From assembly GCA_900617105.1 (NCBI GenBank), contig UYFQ01000035.1, positions 47,170 to 67,169 of the forward strand: 20,000 nt of DNA, given 5' to 3'. This document shows, one piece after another, positions 1-12,535 of the stretch; the first letter of the stretch is position 1; the number at the start of each line of letters is the position of its first letter. A model generated the notes under the pieces. That model was not told the DNA's origin. It saw nothing but the letters and a program-made list of their open reading frames with translations, and did not search any database. Made by a program: the position numbers and the translations under genes. The stretch comes from Hydrurus foetidus. Lineage: Eukaryota.

Positions 1-1
1 T

Positions 2-3000
2 GCTAAAGACCTTACCTGTACTCTCGCACCCCCACCTGACGATCCGATCTTCATCATCGTAGTGGCGCTGCTCATCATCGTAATCAGCATCCCCATCACC
101 GCCCTCATTCTGTTCATCCTCATGCGATATGCCTGCAAGCAGCCCAAGAAGAGGGAGCTTGACTTGGAGGAGACACACAGGGCCATCAGCAGGGCAGAGC
201 AGTCAGATAGAGGCAGTGCACTGCACATACAGAGGATCACAGGAAAGGAGTTCAGCTTCGCCAATCAGTCCAGCTTCGGTAAGGCCATATCGAGGGGGGT
301 CACAGGAGAGAGGGCGGAGGCCTTCTCTTCTTCTTCAGAGTCCGCCTACTTAGCGTACGCAGGTGCGTGCAGATGGAAACGGAAATCAAATTGCTGTGCC
401 ATCTCTCTCATCGCATCGCATCTTATCCTGTGCATTCATAGCGTGGTGTGGTGCCTCCTGTGTATCTCTTATCTCCTTTCATCCCTTCTCAATATATTTT
501 AATTTATCATGTTTTTTTATTTCATCTTGTTTTGTTTAATCTTCAATGGGCTCCATGCTCTTTCATGGGACCTTCTTCTACCCCATCCTCACTTCTCTTG
601 TTTTCTCCTCTAGTCTTGTCTCCTCTCATCTCGTCTCAACTAGTCACTAATCGTTTGTTCCGCCTATGTCATCACTTTAGAACTGCTTTCTCCTGCCGAA
701 GAGGCAGACGCGATTCTGGAGAGAGTGAGAATGTTCCTAGCCAAGGACGATACGGACTATGCTGCCCTTCCCTGGATCGCAACATGCAACACACAGCGGC
801 AACAGAAACTCACAGCAGCCAGAACAGAAGCAATAGAGGACCACTTGGGAATATTCCTTGACGGAAGCTTCGTTCCCCTCACTTTCCGACAAAGAATGTT
901 CTTCGGCACCCCTTTGGCTAAGCTACGACACAAAGTGAAGAAGGTGCGTAAGAGTTGCAACGAGATAGTGAAGAAGATAAAGCACCAAGATCTGGTCTGC
1001 AATGACGAGAGGGACATGGCGTTGCTGAGGGAGTTCATACTGGAGTGCCTCTGTCCGTTCAAACGACACGCACTCGCTGCCAACAACAGTGCATTCGATA
1101 AGGTGTCTGCGAAGACGGTGTCTTGGACGGTGTACATATCGTCATGGACATTCATATCGGGCTCTCTGCTCTTCTTCGTATACTGGATACTTGCATGGGG
1201 TGTCTACAAGGGAGATGAAGTGCTGAGGGCATGGGGTGCAGTGTTCGGCACAGGAGCAGTGAGTGACATCTTGTTGGTGCAGATAACGAAGATTATGCTG
1301 CTCTACTACCTGCCTGCTGCTGCCATGCAGCCACAGCTACTGCGCATCAGAAGTGTGTTAGCTGACGTGAGCATGAATTACATCAATCGCAACCATCCCT
1401 TAGAGGCAGAGGAGGAAGAGAGGGAGGTGGTCAGTGTGGTGCAAAACATGTCTGCCGCATGTCGGGCTTCACGGTCTAGCGAGCTGAACGGACTGCCTGC
1501 TGCCTGGCTGCTAAGACAGGTGACACGTCATATGATATCATACCGTGTGTGACCCAGCACAGAACAATTGCTAGCATGCACTGCTGTACCTTTACGCGCC
1601 ATTCTATCTCGTAGACCACTGTGTTCCCTTTCATTCCTATCTCACGCCCCCTTTACGATCTCAACTCATTCAGCCTTGTCTTTCGCTTTCTTTTCTTCTC
1701 AGTTGGACGATGTGGATGCGCGTAGGTGCAGGGACGGTCGGTCACAGTACCTGGGCACCATTTCCTTCTTCATGATAGCAGTGCCCATGATACTCATACT
1801 GACCAATGAAGCCCTAGGCAGTGCAGTCATCGATGCTGCTATACCCGCCATGTACTCCGCTATATTCGTGTTGGGCGCATATCTGTACTCCATCTCTCTG
1901 CTAGCCCTGCTGCTCACCTTCTGCCTCGTCATCGCTGCTGTGAACTACTGGACCTTCGTGTACCGCCCTGCATGCAAAGCGCACATCCGCAGGAAGGAGA
2001 AGTTGAGGAGGATGAACAGTGCGGGCCACTCCCCTCTACACGTCGGAGGGACAAAGGCAAAGGGTGCTGCTTCACCTGCAATGACTCGATCCGAATCGGC
2101 AGCAAGACAGGCATCGGTATCTGCGTATTTCAGACGCGTGACGAACATCATGCGACACTCCCTTCAGCACGGCATCTCACTGCTCTCACTCAGACGTACT
2201 AGGAACTCAAAGGACAAAGAGAAAGCGCTACAAGGCGTGTGGCGCACCATGAACCGATCCGCACCCATCACCACCAGCAGTAGCAGTGAGAGGGAGCGGG
2301 AGGGGGAGGGGTCTCCTGTGAAGGCGATACAGAGCAGACGACACAGCACAATATCTCGGGACCCTTCCAGTACGATGGCATCCATTCAGAAGCTGAAATC
2401 TTCTTTCCGCGTGAGAGACGGTCGGTCTAGCTCTTACTGGTGCAACTCTCACTCTGACAGTGAGGCTGTGATAATGTCTCTAGGGTACGGGAGTGTGAGT
2501 GCGGAGGAGTCCAAGAGGAGACTGACCCCTCAGATTGTCTTCGAGGCAGGGCACGTCTTCTCCCTCATCCGATCTCGCGTACTAAACCCTGAGGAGCAGA
2601 GCGAAGATGTCCTCAGGGGCGCAGTGGTGTCTGAGTCAGTTCTGTACAAGGAGTACCGCAGGGCGCTTGACGTGTTCTATCCTGACGGTGTAGCGCTCTC
2701 ACCGACTGAGATAGAGGAGGCGTGTGAGCTGTACGACCAGTGGAAGGTGTCCGTGAACGATCACTTTACGGTGAGGATAGTCGGGTCTGCCGCTGTGCAG
2801 GTGCGCATGATCAGACTGAGCTTGTTCGAGGAGTGGATGTCGAAGGGCATACTGGCCATCTTACGGAGCAATCTCACCGACAGACTGATGGACAGCACAC
2901 TGCAACGAGTGCCGAGGATGGTGAAGAGGTTGTCTGATGCGAGTTGCTCCATTGACAAGATCCCTGTTCCGACCAGCATTTCATTCAGGCGAAACTTGAA

Positions 3001-3112
3001 GAAGCTCAACGTAGTCACCCCATACAAACTAGCCTCCTTGTCGGAGCACTTCGACGCACCTGCACCGGACACAATCATGATGTCTAAATGTTCCTCCATC
3101 GTCAGATTGTAA
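2..3112 (+). CDS. Large multi-pass membrane protein, 5'-partial; exons <2-362, 681-1519, 1703-3112 (about 869 aa in window)
   Basis: Frame is open from position 2 (AKDLTCTLAPPPDDPIFIIVVALL...). Donor GCAG|GTGCGT at 363 and acceptor ctttag|AA at 680 give a phase-1 join (..AYA-E-LLSPAEEADAIL..). Donor CAG|GTGACA at 1520 and acceptor ttttcttctcag| at 1702 give a phase-0 join (..WLLRQ-LDDVD..). Ends at TAA 3110-3112. Several hydrophobic 20-25 aa segments are followed by a long Ser/Arg-rich tail. Family not certain. Confidence 0.85.
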
Positions 3113-4016
3113 GCTGTCCTATACAGATCATACAAATCTGATTATATGAAATCGTCCCTCAGTTCAATCGTGGGTAGATGGTCGATGGCTCTGGAACTCC
3201 TCTTATTCCGACAGAAAATAGGTCAAACCGAATTAAATCACTGGAACTACTAGGGGTTGCTATACCTCGTGTTTAGAAGCGCCCGAAGAGGATTTTGCAC
3301 ATGAAGAAAATAAAAAATAAGTAGGTACTGTACTGTGCGGTACGTCGCATTAAAAACATTTGTCTGGACTGGACTGGACTACACTGCTCTGCTCTGAAAA
3401 GAGAGGGATTAATATTGCTGTACAGTGCCATTTACAATATAAGTTGAGTACAACCATACTCAGGCTCGAAAAAAAGCCAATCACTAGTAAGCAAAACATA
3501 CTGGAATATGATTCAAAATAATTCAATAAAATACAAACAGACTGCACGCGTCTACTAAAAAACGAAAAATAGTAAGTACTCTGCTTTGTCCGCTCATCAA
3601 ACATCCGTTGTTCTTTTTTCTTTTCATTTCTTTTTTCTTGTTCTTAAATTTTATAGCTAGCTTTTTAAAATTGATTCATGGAAATGTGTACATCTGCGCT
3701 ATGAGACCATTCAGTCGGATTACCGGTAGATCTCTCACACAGACAGAAATATTATCACTGCGCTTTCAGATCAATTTCATGACTTCATCATAGTACGAAA
3801 TGTATGCAGAAGACTGAATGAATCTTATTTTATCTTATCTAGTTAATCTATTGCCAGGGTAGTTAGGACAGCTAAATTAATCGAATAGTAACTTTTCAAA
3901 TACATCTTTAGTTGCATTTTCTCTCTGCAGAGGAACACGCACAGCACCTTCAAACTCATTTATATGACGCATAGAGTGTGATCTCAGCAAAACATGTGTG
4001 TCACCAATCCTCTCCT

Positions 4017-4039
4017 CACTGCACTGCACTGCACTGCAC
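4017..4039. repeat. (CACTG)4.6 pentanucleotide microsatellite
   Basis: cactgcactgcactgcactgcac read directly. Confidence 0.8.
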
Positions 4040-4505
4040 CAGAATGCAATGTGAGAATCAGTATTCGGCAGACTTGAAAATCACCACGAACTGATTCTGC
4101 ATATTCCGTACGGTTTCTGTGAGAGCAATCCTGACTCTTCTTGCGTGATAGTGAAGATGTCCAGCGCCGAAGAAAAAGATAGGAACAGAATGAGAGAACT
4201 TATTACGTGTTCGTATGTTCATACAAATATGATCAGGCTGGTTGTCGGTATTTAGGATACTTGCATCGGTAGAAATGCACTGTATTGTTGGAAATCTGGG
4301 CGATTTACACGGAGTTTTCTCCGGTGTTCCAAACGATCCCTGCACTTCCGACTGCTAGCAACGCTTGCTCAAAAGAGAAGACAACGTTCTATTCGGTAAG
4401 TTGGATTAAACGACAGTGACATGCTGTCGATTACATCTAGGTAGCATAACATGAGTGCGAGGGTTGCGGTCAATGTTATCGCTGAATGTACGTATCTACA
4501 CACGT

Positions 4506-4603
4506 GTGCACCCAAACGGTTAATTGGGCACGAAAAATGGAATTAAACGATGGAATTCATTTTTGAGAGGGAGCCGTGCCCGATTTTAACCGTTCTGGTG
4601 CAC
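4506..4603. mobile_element. MITE-like short inverted-repeat element
   Basis: Left arm GTGCACCCAAACGGTTAATTGGGCACG (4506-4532) is a near-perfect reverse complement of right arm CGTGCCCGATTTTAACCGTTCTGGTGCAC (4575-4603), with an A/T-rich 42-bp spacer. TSD not clearly resolved. Confidence 0.5.
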
Positions 4604-5022
4604 GGGTATGGAAAACAATCATACATCACACAGGGTACAAGATCCTAGTCTAATCCGGATATTATCCCAACATCGGGGTCCAAGTTATCATCGTTTGAAA
4701 AAATATTTGAAATGTCTTGAAAATTGTCAGTCGAATCGTGTTCTCGTTCTATGGAGTACATTCACTACCAACCCATTTTTAGCCAGTTGGACCCTTTTAA
4801 GAAGAGCTCACCGAAGAATTCACTTCGTCGATATCCAAGTTTCTAGTTCCGTGCGACAGCCTCGAATATAATTATTTCGCACAGCAACGAGGAAGGGTTG
4901 GATAAGGTAGATCATCTGTCAGTTGCAGAATACGTGACCTCAATTGCTCACGTAGACGTTACATCGGGAACACAACGCCGACGACCAAACTGAAACTGTT
5001 CTTCATCTTCAGCAGGGTTACA

Positions 5023-8000
5023 ATGAGATCTATGATTAGCTCGATGGCTGGTGGAGGGAAGTCTTCTCAACACAATGGAAACCTTGATTTCGACGATGAA
5101 GCGAGAGCACTTTTTGAAAGGTGTCCATGCGACCTCAATTTCAAAGTTTTCTCTCTCTTTTTAGTATCCTCAAGACTGCGAAAATGCATTCAGGTCTCAC
5201 TATCAATAATGCATAATAACTTACAAGGCTCAACCTGGACCCCAACTTCAAATCGTCAGGGCAATGGAATCCTGTTGACCCAATTTTTCGGTGAGCCACA
5301 GTGATTGCAGATAGCTAAAAGCTGCTGGAATATTCTTCTAATCACGTTCACCAGCATCTCTGGGAAATTATTTTCATGAGAAAGCGCTAAATATTGTCAT
5401 GAAGCTGAACAGAGAGAAGGTCACTGTATAAATCCGCTGAAATCTTATGCCTAAATCTCAGGTTGTCGTTAAGAGTCCGATCAGAAGTTCTTCTTAAGCT
5501 ATAATTCACTGCGCCATTGACGCGATATTACCTACGTGATCCACAACAATATTCCACACCTCTAACTCACTCAGTCATCGATCTCTCCAAGTTCTGTTGG
5601 TCTTCTCATAAATTTCTTCGTCACTTTTCACAGGCACTCCGAAGGTAAAGGCACAATTTACGTGGGCAATCAAACAGCCGCTGAGAACTACACATTCCTC
5701 AAGTGAGTTCCCCCCCTCTGTCTTGTCTACTCTTTTTCTACATTGAAAGAAGCACTGCATATTGCTGCTCATACATGCTGTGACATGTCACATTTCTCTC
5801 TAAATGTCGCACTGCAATCCAGCACACACTTTTCCTCAGTCCAGCACACACTTTTCCTCCTCACCTCCAGCCGTAATTAAAGTTGCATACGTCGCATTCT
5901 GCCGTAGACACAAAGAACATTCTGGCATCACTACATGAATTTATGTTTTGTCCTTTTTACAGAGTACCGCTGGACATACAAAAATATTTTTCTCTATATA
6001 TTTTGTTGAATCACTTCACAATCTGTTATATGTGAGGTTTTATTTTCTTGCTCTTAAATGTCGTATGTCAATGATCAAATCATCACCCCTTCGGTCTTAT
6101 TCTCGACATTATGACACTGTTGCTACACTGACTCCGACAATCTTTAAAACCTTCTATTCTTGATTTATCAAACATCCATGCACTCATTACTACCCCCAAT
6201 GTAATTCCCTCTCTCATTCTCGACTTATTTCTTTTCTTTTTGCCATCGTCCCACTCTTTATTTTCCTTCCTCTCATTACCATCTCCTCTCAACTCTACTC
6301 TTCTCTTTCCCTCTCTTCTTCTTTCTTCTCTTCTCATTTTATTTTTTCTCTCTTTTTCTTTTTTCTATTTTTCTTTTTCTTTTCTTTACCTAGAGGTCTT
6401 GGCATCACGAGAGTTGTCAACTGCACCAATGGAATTTCGAAGATTCCTAACTTTCACGAAGACAAGCTACTCTACTACACGTTCACGGTGAGCACAGATA
6501 AATTGAAACAAAATAAACACACTACAGTACAGAACATAAGTTGACAAAAAAAGTCGGATAAAACGTAACAAAATAAAACAAATCTCAACTTGAAAAATCA
6601 AACAAATACAATTACGCCCTCTTTCTCTTATGCAGAAGAAGAGTGCGACTCAGTACGTTTCATCACTGCCACTGCAATCCTACATTCATCACTCAATTAA
6701 TTTTATTTTTATTTCTGACTCCGGCCAAATTCTAAATCCTTGTTCTCTCATCCTTTTTACTTTTCTTAGATCAGTCATTGGCAGTCAAAAACTACGGAAA
6801 CCAATGAAAGCATACTAGGTACAGAAGTATGTGATATTGCATAATGAGTATGACTACAGTGTGATAGCATATTGTATACTGCAGTCTGATATGATATTAG
6901 TCGATGTGATACGATTTGACGTGATACGACAGTCAGTGACTCAGCACTACATGAAACAGATTTGAGAAATGATGAATGAGTTAATCGAGTCGTAGAATGA
7001 TGAGATGGAGGAGTACATGTAACGGACGCACTGACGAAGTGTTCGTTTTAGCAAAACGGATCTGGAAGCTCACGATGCAGTGTGATTTTAAGCCACGTCA
7101 GTGCGGTGCAGTGCAGCACGTGATAATGAGATGCAGTGAGATTAATTCTTTTCAGCACTTTACAACGCGATGTAGCGAATCAGCTGCATCATGTTGAACT
7201 GCTTACAACCAGTAATTGTCCACTCGCCCGTCTCGATATTCTGCATCGTGTGGGCGCATCAGCTATTCCATTCCATCCTACAATGCCTGCCTATGCTGTT
7301 CATACGGTACTGTCTCTCTCCGCACATACTCTTCTGCACTGCCCTACCAAATATTGCACATTATTTTCCCTTTCATTTCATTTTAGAATTCTCGGACCCT
7401 ATGTTCCAGTTCATCGAAGACGCGATATCCAAGGGGGAAAGCGTGTTGGTACGTACGTGCATGTGTTGAATGTGACGTGTAGCATTTCTACTATTAACAC
7501 TGTCACATGACTGCTTGAATACAACACATCTCTTCGGTGACGATGCATCAAGTACGCTGAGTTTTCCCGGTGTATTCTTCAAGGGACCAAACCCATTTAG
7601 TGCTCCTGCATGCATATCTCGCGCACGAGCTTTTCTCACTTCCACTGCTTTCTGCTCTCCTCTCTTCTTTATTGTCTTCTTTCATATTTCTTTCCCTTTC
7701 CCCTCTATACATTGTCTACTTGTCTATTCATTTCTCTTCTTTGTCTCCCCTGTGTTCCTTGTATTCTTTTTTCTTCTTTTTCTCTATCTCTTTTTCCCAT
7801 TCCTCATTTATTTCTCTCCCTTACTCCTTTCATCACAGGTCCATTGTTTGGCTGGCGCACACAGGGCGGGTACCACTGGATGTGCGTGTCTGATGCACTT
7901 CGCAGGTAGGTACTAGAACTGCTGACTCCATGATTTATCATCTATCCGTCAGTGACTGTATCTTTATCGAGGATGATGTTGGATAGATTGGCTGTTGGGA

Positions 8001-8383
8001 GTCATGGGATGGGATGGTATCTGAATGACTGGCTCTTGCAAATTCCCCTCACGTATCGGTATTTGCACTATTTTCCATCCTACTCTTACTTTACATCTGT
8101 TCAGTAAATCTGTTCTCTGCACGACCCTTAAGTCAGACCAGGTCCCTTTCTCTCTCTCATACATACGCACATGCACCGCAGCCCATAACTCATCTACCGC
8201 AACCACCATTGCACCGTGTCTATAGGTATGGACGTATCTACCGCAATCTCAACGGCCAAAAGATGTCGGCCAATCATCGACCCAATAGGACAGCTTCCCG
8301 ATTTCTTACACAGATTGAAGAAGGCTACTGACGCACTTGCTGTGAAGCATACGTCAGCACCGGATGATGTGACATCCAAATAG
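5023..8383 (+). CDS. Atypical dual-specificity protein phosphatase (DSPc, PTP superfamily), 219 aa; exons 5023-5120, 5228-5290, 5634-5702, 6394-6487, 6770-6818, 7387-7448, 7839-7905, 8226-8383
   Basis: Eight exons (98+63+69+94+49+62+67+158 = 660 nt) with phase-compatible GT-AG introns splice to MRSMISS...FDDEARALFERLNLDPNFKSSGQWNPVDPIFRHSEGKGTIYVGNQTAAENYTFLKGLGITRVVNCTNGISKIPNFHEDKLLYYTFTISHW...MFQFIEDAISKGESVLVHCLAGAHRAGTTGCACLMHFAGMDVSTAISTAKRCRPIIDPIGQLPDFLHRL...SK*. DSP motifs present: IYVG, GITxVVN, FIE-A, VLVHCxxGxxR, RPxIxP. Confidence 0.93.
5818..5859. repeat. Intronic 20-bp direct duplication (period 22)
   Basis: TCCAGCACACACTTTTCCTC at 5818-5837 and 5840-5859, in phosphatase intron 3. 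Confidence 0.75.
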
Positions 8384-9071
8384 ATGATAGGGAAGTGATG
8401 GCCGGATAGACAATAGGGAAGAGTGAAGTCTTTAGGACAGTTGTTTGGAAGGAGAGAGGAGAGGAGGAATTTGTATGGTACATAGGCCACACAATTGATC
8501 ATGAGTGAGACAATTGATTGAGCAAATATGCAATGACACCGTTAAAAAATTATTGAACTAGGTAAGAAAGGGACAGAAATGAAGCACCATATATACAGGA
8601 GATTGAAAAAAATTAAGGTTGGAAAAAATGGAGAAAGAAAATGCCTACAACGCTGTTAAGAAAAACCTTTTTAAGCTGGATCAATGCTAGCAACATTCTG
8701 ACTGAGAAATATAGACAGTCTGAAAGGCTGCGAAAAATGTCCTCCCCTATCTTTATCACTGCCTAGCCTTGTTTTACCTCACAATATTTCAATTTTAGTT
8801 CGTAGTTTTCTATTCTTCAACTCTTCGACACCGCTTCTGTCTATCACCGAGTTCATCCGTGCGGATGAGAATTGTGTATCATCTCTTACGGCGTCAGCTG
8901 TGTCCTTAGCTACCATCTGAACATCGACAAAATGACAACAAATCTCACCACCCGCACCTCACACCATTTCACAACCTCTTATACCAGCTCACACCGCTCC
9001 ACATCACCTCGCCTCATCTCAACTCAACTCATATTCATCTTCATATCCGACTTCTCCCTTCGCTTCTCCTT

Positions 9072-9428
9072 TCTTCCCTCATTCTATCTTCTCTTGTCTC
9101 ATCTTCCCTCATCCTATCCTCTTTTGTCTCATCTTCCCTCATCCTATCCTCTTTTGTCTCATCTTCCCTCATTCTATCTTCTCTTGTCTCATCTTCCCTC
9201 ATCCTATCTTCTCTTGTCTCATCTTCCCTCATCCAATCCTCTTTTGTCTCATCTTCCCTCATCCTATCTTCTCTTGTCTCATCTTCCCTCATCCTATCCT
9301 CTCTTGTCTCATCTTCCCTCATCCTATCTTCTCTTGTCTCATCTTCCCTCATCCTATCTTCTCTTGTCTCATCTTCCCTCATCCTATCTTCTCTTGTCTC
9401 ATCTTCCCTCATCCTATCCTCTTTTGTC
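9072..9428. repeat. 30-bp minisatellite, about 12 copies, consensus CTCTTGTCTCATCTTCCCTCATCCTATCTT
   Basis: Head-to-tail copies differing at only 1-3 positions, no spacers. Explains the (MREDETREDR)n and (LLSHLPSSY)n ORFs. Confidence 0.95.
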
Positions 9429-10844
9429 CTACCCTCCCTTGCCTTGATTTTCTTATTTTGCTCGTTTGCTGCCAGCTACGTATTATCACCGTGATGATAT
9501 TGCATTATCACATCGTATCTATCATATTGCGCAATGTCACACTCATCCGCGCCTACGATGTGCAGCGTTGACGATTCACACTGAGTCGAGTCCAATTGAT
9601 CATTCAATCAGAAATTCAAAGTTGGAAAAGTTAGGCAAGCGATCTCAGCTTTGTCTGTCATTCATATTTACACACATCCAGGAAGACAGGCAGACAGACG
9701 TATGGACAAATCATGTGTAACGAGGGGGATATCAAAACCACATTTCATGTACTAATTTTCTCCTATCGACTGATTTTCTACCTCCATGAGAGATTGAAGA
9801 CTTTCGAACCATAAGAAATAAACAGGCCGATGAATTTAGACGGATGCACTTAATGCACTACTCTACTCATGACTGTGCAACACAGCGTGCTGCCACTTTA
9901 AAATCCATAAGAACGATAACAACAAATCTTGCTGCCGTGACTGACCTCCTTCAATCATATGTAAATAATCCGCCACTTTTCTTTCCTCTACTTTATGAAT
10001 GACTACATTATCAGCACAGAAGAGAAGCGAAGAGAATTCCCTGCCGTCTGTGAGTGTGATAAAGTGAACCCCTTTCCTCGACTACGTCGTACCTAATTTT
10101 CTCTGGATATCGCCCACTTTGTTAATTCTGTTGATGGTCAGGCACGGTGTAATTCCATCAATTCAATTTCATTCCACGAGACATGGCTTGATCTACTTAT
10201 TTACCCATTCTCGACCCCGTGTTATCAGCGGCTATTTCTCATGTGATTAAAAACACTCGAGGTATGATTTTCCTTGCAAATTATCAACAGCCCAGTGGAG
10301 CTGCACTCTTGATGGTATTAGCTGTTACAATAGACGCGTTTTTGCTGTCTAGTATCAGGACGACACGTATCATATCATATCATATCAAGAAAGTTGCAGT
10401 ACTGCTGCTTCGATAAAACCTTAAAAGAAGCGTCACTATAAATTTAAACTCTCACGTAACTGTCAATCAAGTGCATGCAGGACAGCAACCATCCAACATA
10501 TTCAAACACCATAAACTTGAATAGGCTACGTACTACGTATTGACTATTTTTTCACAGTCATATACATATGACTATTTGAAATAAACTTTTAAGGACAAGT
10601 GAAATGATTTCGATTATATCTTTTCTCATTCTCATCGTACTCATCTCACTGGCGACTACTGTTGATTCAGATTTATTGTGTGGCTATTTCATTGATAAAT
10701 GATTACAGATTGACTATGTCTCATCTTTCCATGGCATCGACACTACCGATTATTTATCACACGTTCAATATTTCTATCTGCGACGAGATTTTCATCAAAA
10801 GTAGATTATGCAACAAACACTTCATTGGTTGGTGAATATAACAA

Positions 10845-12391
10845 TCATGCATATAAAACTGACCAGCAGTGTACAAAGTCCTCCGCCAATAGATTGTTAC
10901 ATCCTTGGGTCAGACATGCAATACTATCATCTGTCATCATCTTGTTTCCGTCGATAAATAAGCTTGTCAGTTCTCTGCAACCCTCTCCTAGCGCTGCTAA
11001 TGATGCATCAGTTAGCTGATCGCGTCCTGAGATACTTGATGATTTTAGAAAACTGCATCCCTGGGCAAGACATATTACACCCAACATCTGTAATGTTCTT
11101 GTTAAGAAACACATTAATACTTGTAAGTCCCTTGTAATCCTTTCCTATTTCTACCCAACAATCCATCAGACAGGGAAGGGCAGTCACTGATGTAGAGAGA
11201 CTGTAGATAGCTGCATCCTTGGGCTAGAGACGCCATACCAACATCTATCATGTTCACGTTAAGACAGATGTCAATTTTTTTCAGTCCCTTGCAATTTTTT
11301 CCTATCGCTGCTAAAGATTCATCTGTTAGAAGAGTGCAAACTGTGATATTGATAGACTGTAGAAAGCTGTATTCCTGGGTCAAGTATGCAATGCCATCAT
11401 CTGTTACATTGCTGTTACAACTAACGTTAATGCTTGTCAGTCCTCTGCAACCCTCTCCTATAGCTGCTAATGATGCATTTGTCAGACGAAAGCAATAATC
11501 AATATAGAGATACTGTAGAAAGCTGTATTCCTCAACCAGAGATGTTATACCATCATCTGTCATATTTGTTTTACCACACACATTAATGCTTGTCAGTCTT
11601 CTGCAACCTATTCCTACTGCTGCTAATGATTCATCCGTTAGAAGTGAGCATCTTAAGATATTGATAGACTGTAGACAGCTGCATTCCTGGGCCAGATACG
11701 CTATACCATCATTTGTCATGTTCTCGTTTTCATCAATATTAATGCTTGTCAGTCCTCTGCAACCCTCTCCTATCACTGCTAATGATACATCAGTCAGCTG
11801 ATCGTATCCTGAAATATTTATTGACTGTAAGCTAATACATCCCTGCGCAAGCACCCTGACACCTTTGTCTTCTATACCATCGCATTTCCTCATATCTAGA
11901 TAAGTCAGTCCTTTACAGTGCTGACCTATTGCCGCAAACAATTGCCATGTCAGGCCTTGACACGATGCTATTTTAATACTGAGCAAATTGATGCACCCTG
12001 TAGCTATCATTTGGAGAGAGGCGTCAGTCATACCACAACCATCACTACCAACGACTGCAATCTTTGAAAGCTTGGGAAGATAAATCCCCTTGAACGCTGC
12101 ATCCGTCGTATGATTTGTGCAGCATAGCATTACTTGCATTGACGATGTTTCTACTCCTCGATCTATCAACCATCTTAGTCAGAAAGTTCTGTACAACAGT
12201 CCACTCATACATTTGATATCTATTAGGCCGCGTATTATCCGCAACCACACTAATCTCATACCTCGATTGCTCTGAACGTGATCAGCAGTATCGAACCACT
12301 CCAATATGAGGAGAAACAATAGATCGTTGCACATAGGGCCGCTGCCACAAGCCGAGACATTGATATCTGTCGCAGAAGTTTGTTCAGCAAC
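10845..12391 (-). pseudogene. Disabled F-box-like/cysteine-containing LRR protein (FBXL/AMN1-type, 26-aa LRRs)
   Basis: Repeats of the type CxxLxSINIxxCxxLTDxSLxxIxxxC recur with a 156-bp period. In-frame TGA at 12179-12181 (..LYRTF*LRWLIDRGV..). Two +1 frameshifts in G-runs at 11154-11156 and 11080-11082. Possible acceptor tttcag| at 12392. Final stop TGA at 10845. Confidence 0.8.
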
Positions 12392-12535
12392 CTGAAATAC
12401 GTACGCTGATACGTCTCGCTAAGCATTGCCTGACTGGCGCTTGTAGATGACTGAATGAGAGGAGTCCTACAGTCGGTGCACCAATAGAAGCAATTAAATG
12501 GATAGGACGTATCCTAATAGCGATAGTCAACTTAC

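Noticed and set aside
4058..4400. Small gene between the two main genes
   Set aside because: Short frames on both strands with no recognisable motifs or coherent splice model.
5963..6050. Extra phosphatase exon after tttttacag at 5962
   Set aside because: Translation has no DSP similarity, and exons 3 and 4 already join seamlessly (FLK-GLGITRVVNCT).
9041..9447. CRISPR array or real protein-coding ORFs (8872-9447 +, 9041-9412 -)
   Set aside because: Units are contiguous with no unique spacers, there are no cas genes and the context is eukaryotic. The ORFs are by-products of a stop-free 30-bp repeat.
9790..10002. ~70-codon open stretch (IEDFRTIRNKQADEFRR...)
   Set aside because: No recognisable homology or supported splice sites; compatible with chance or an unassignable remnant.
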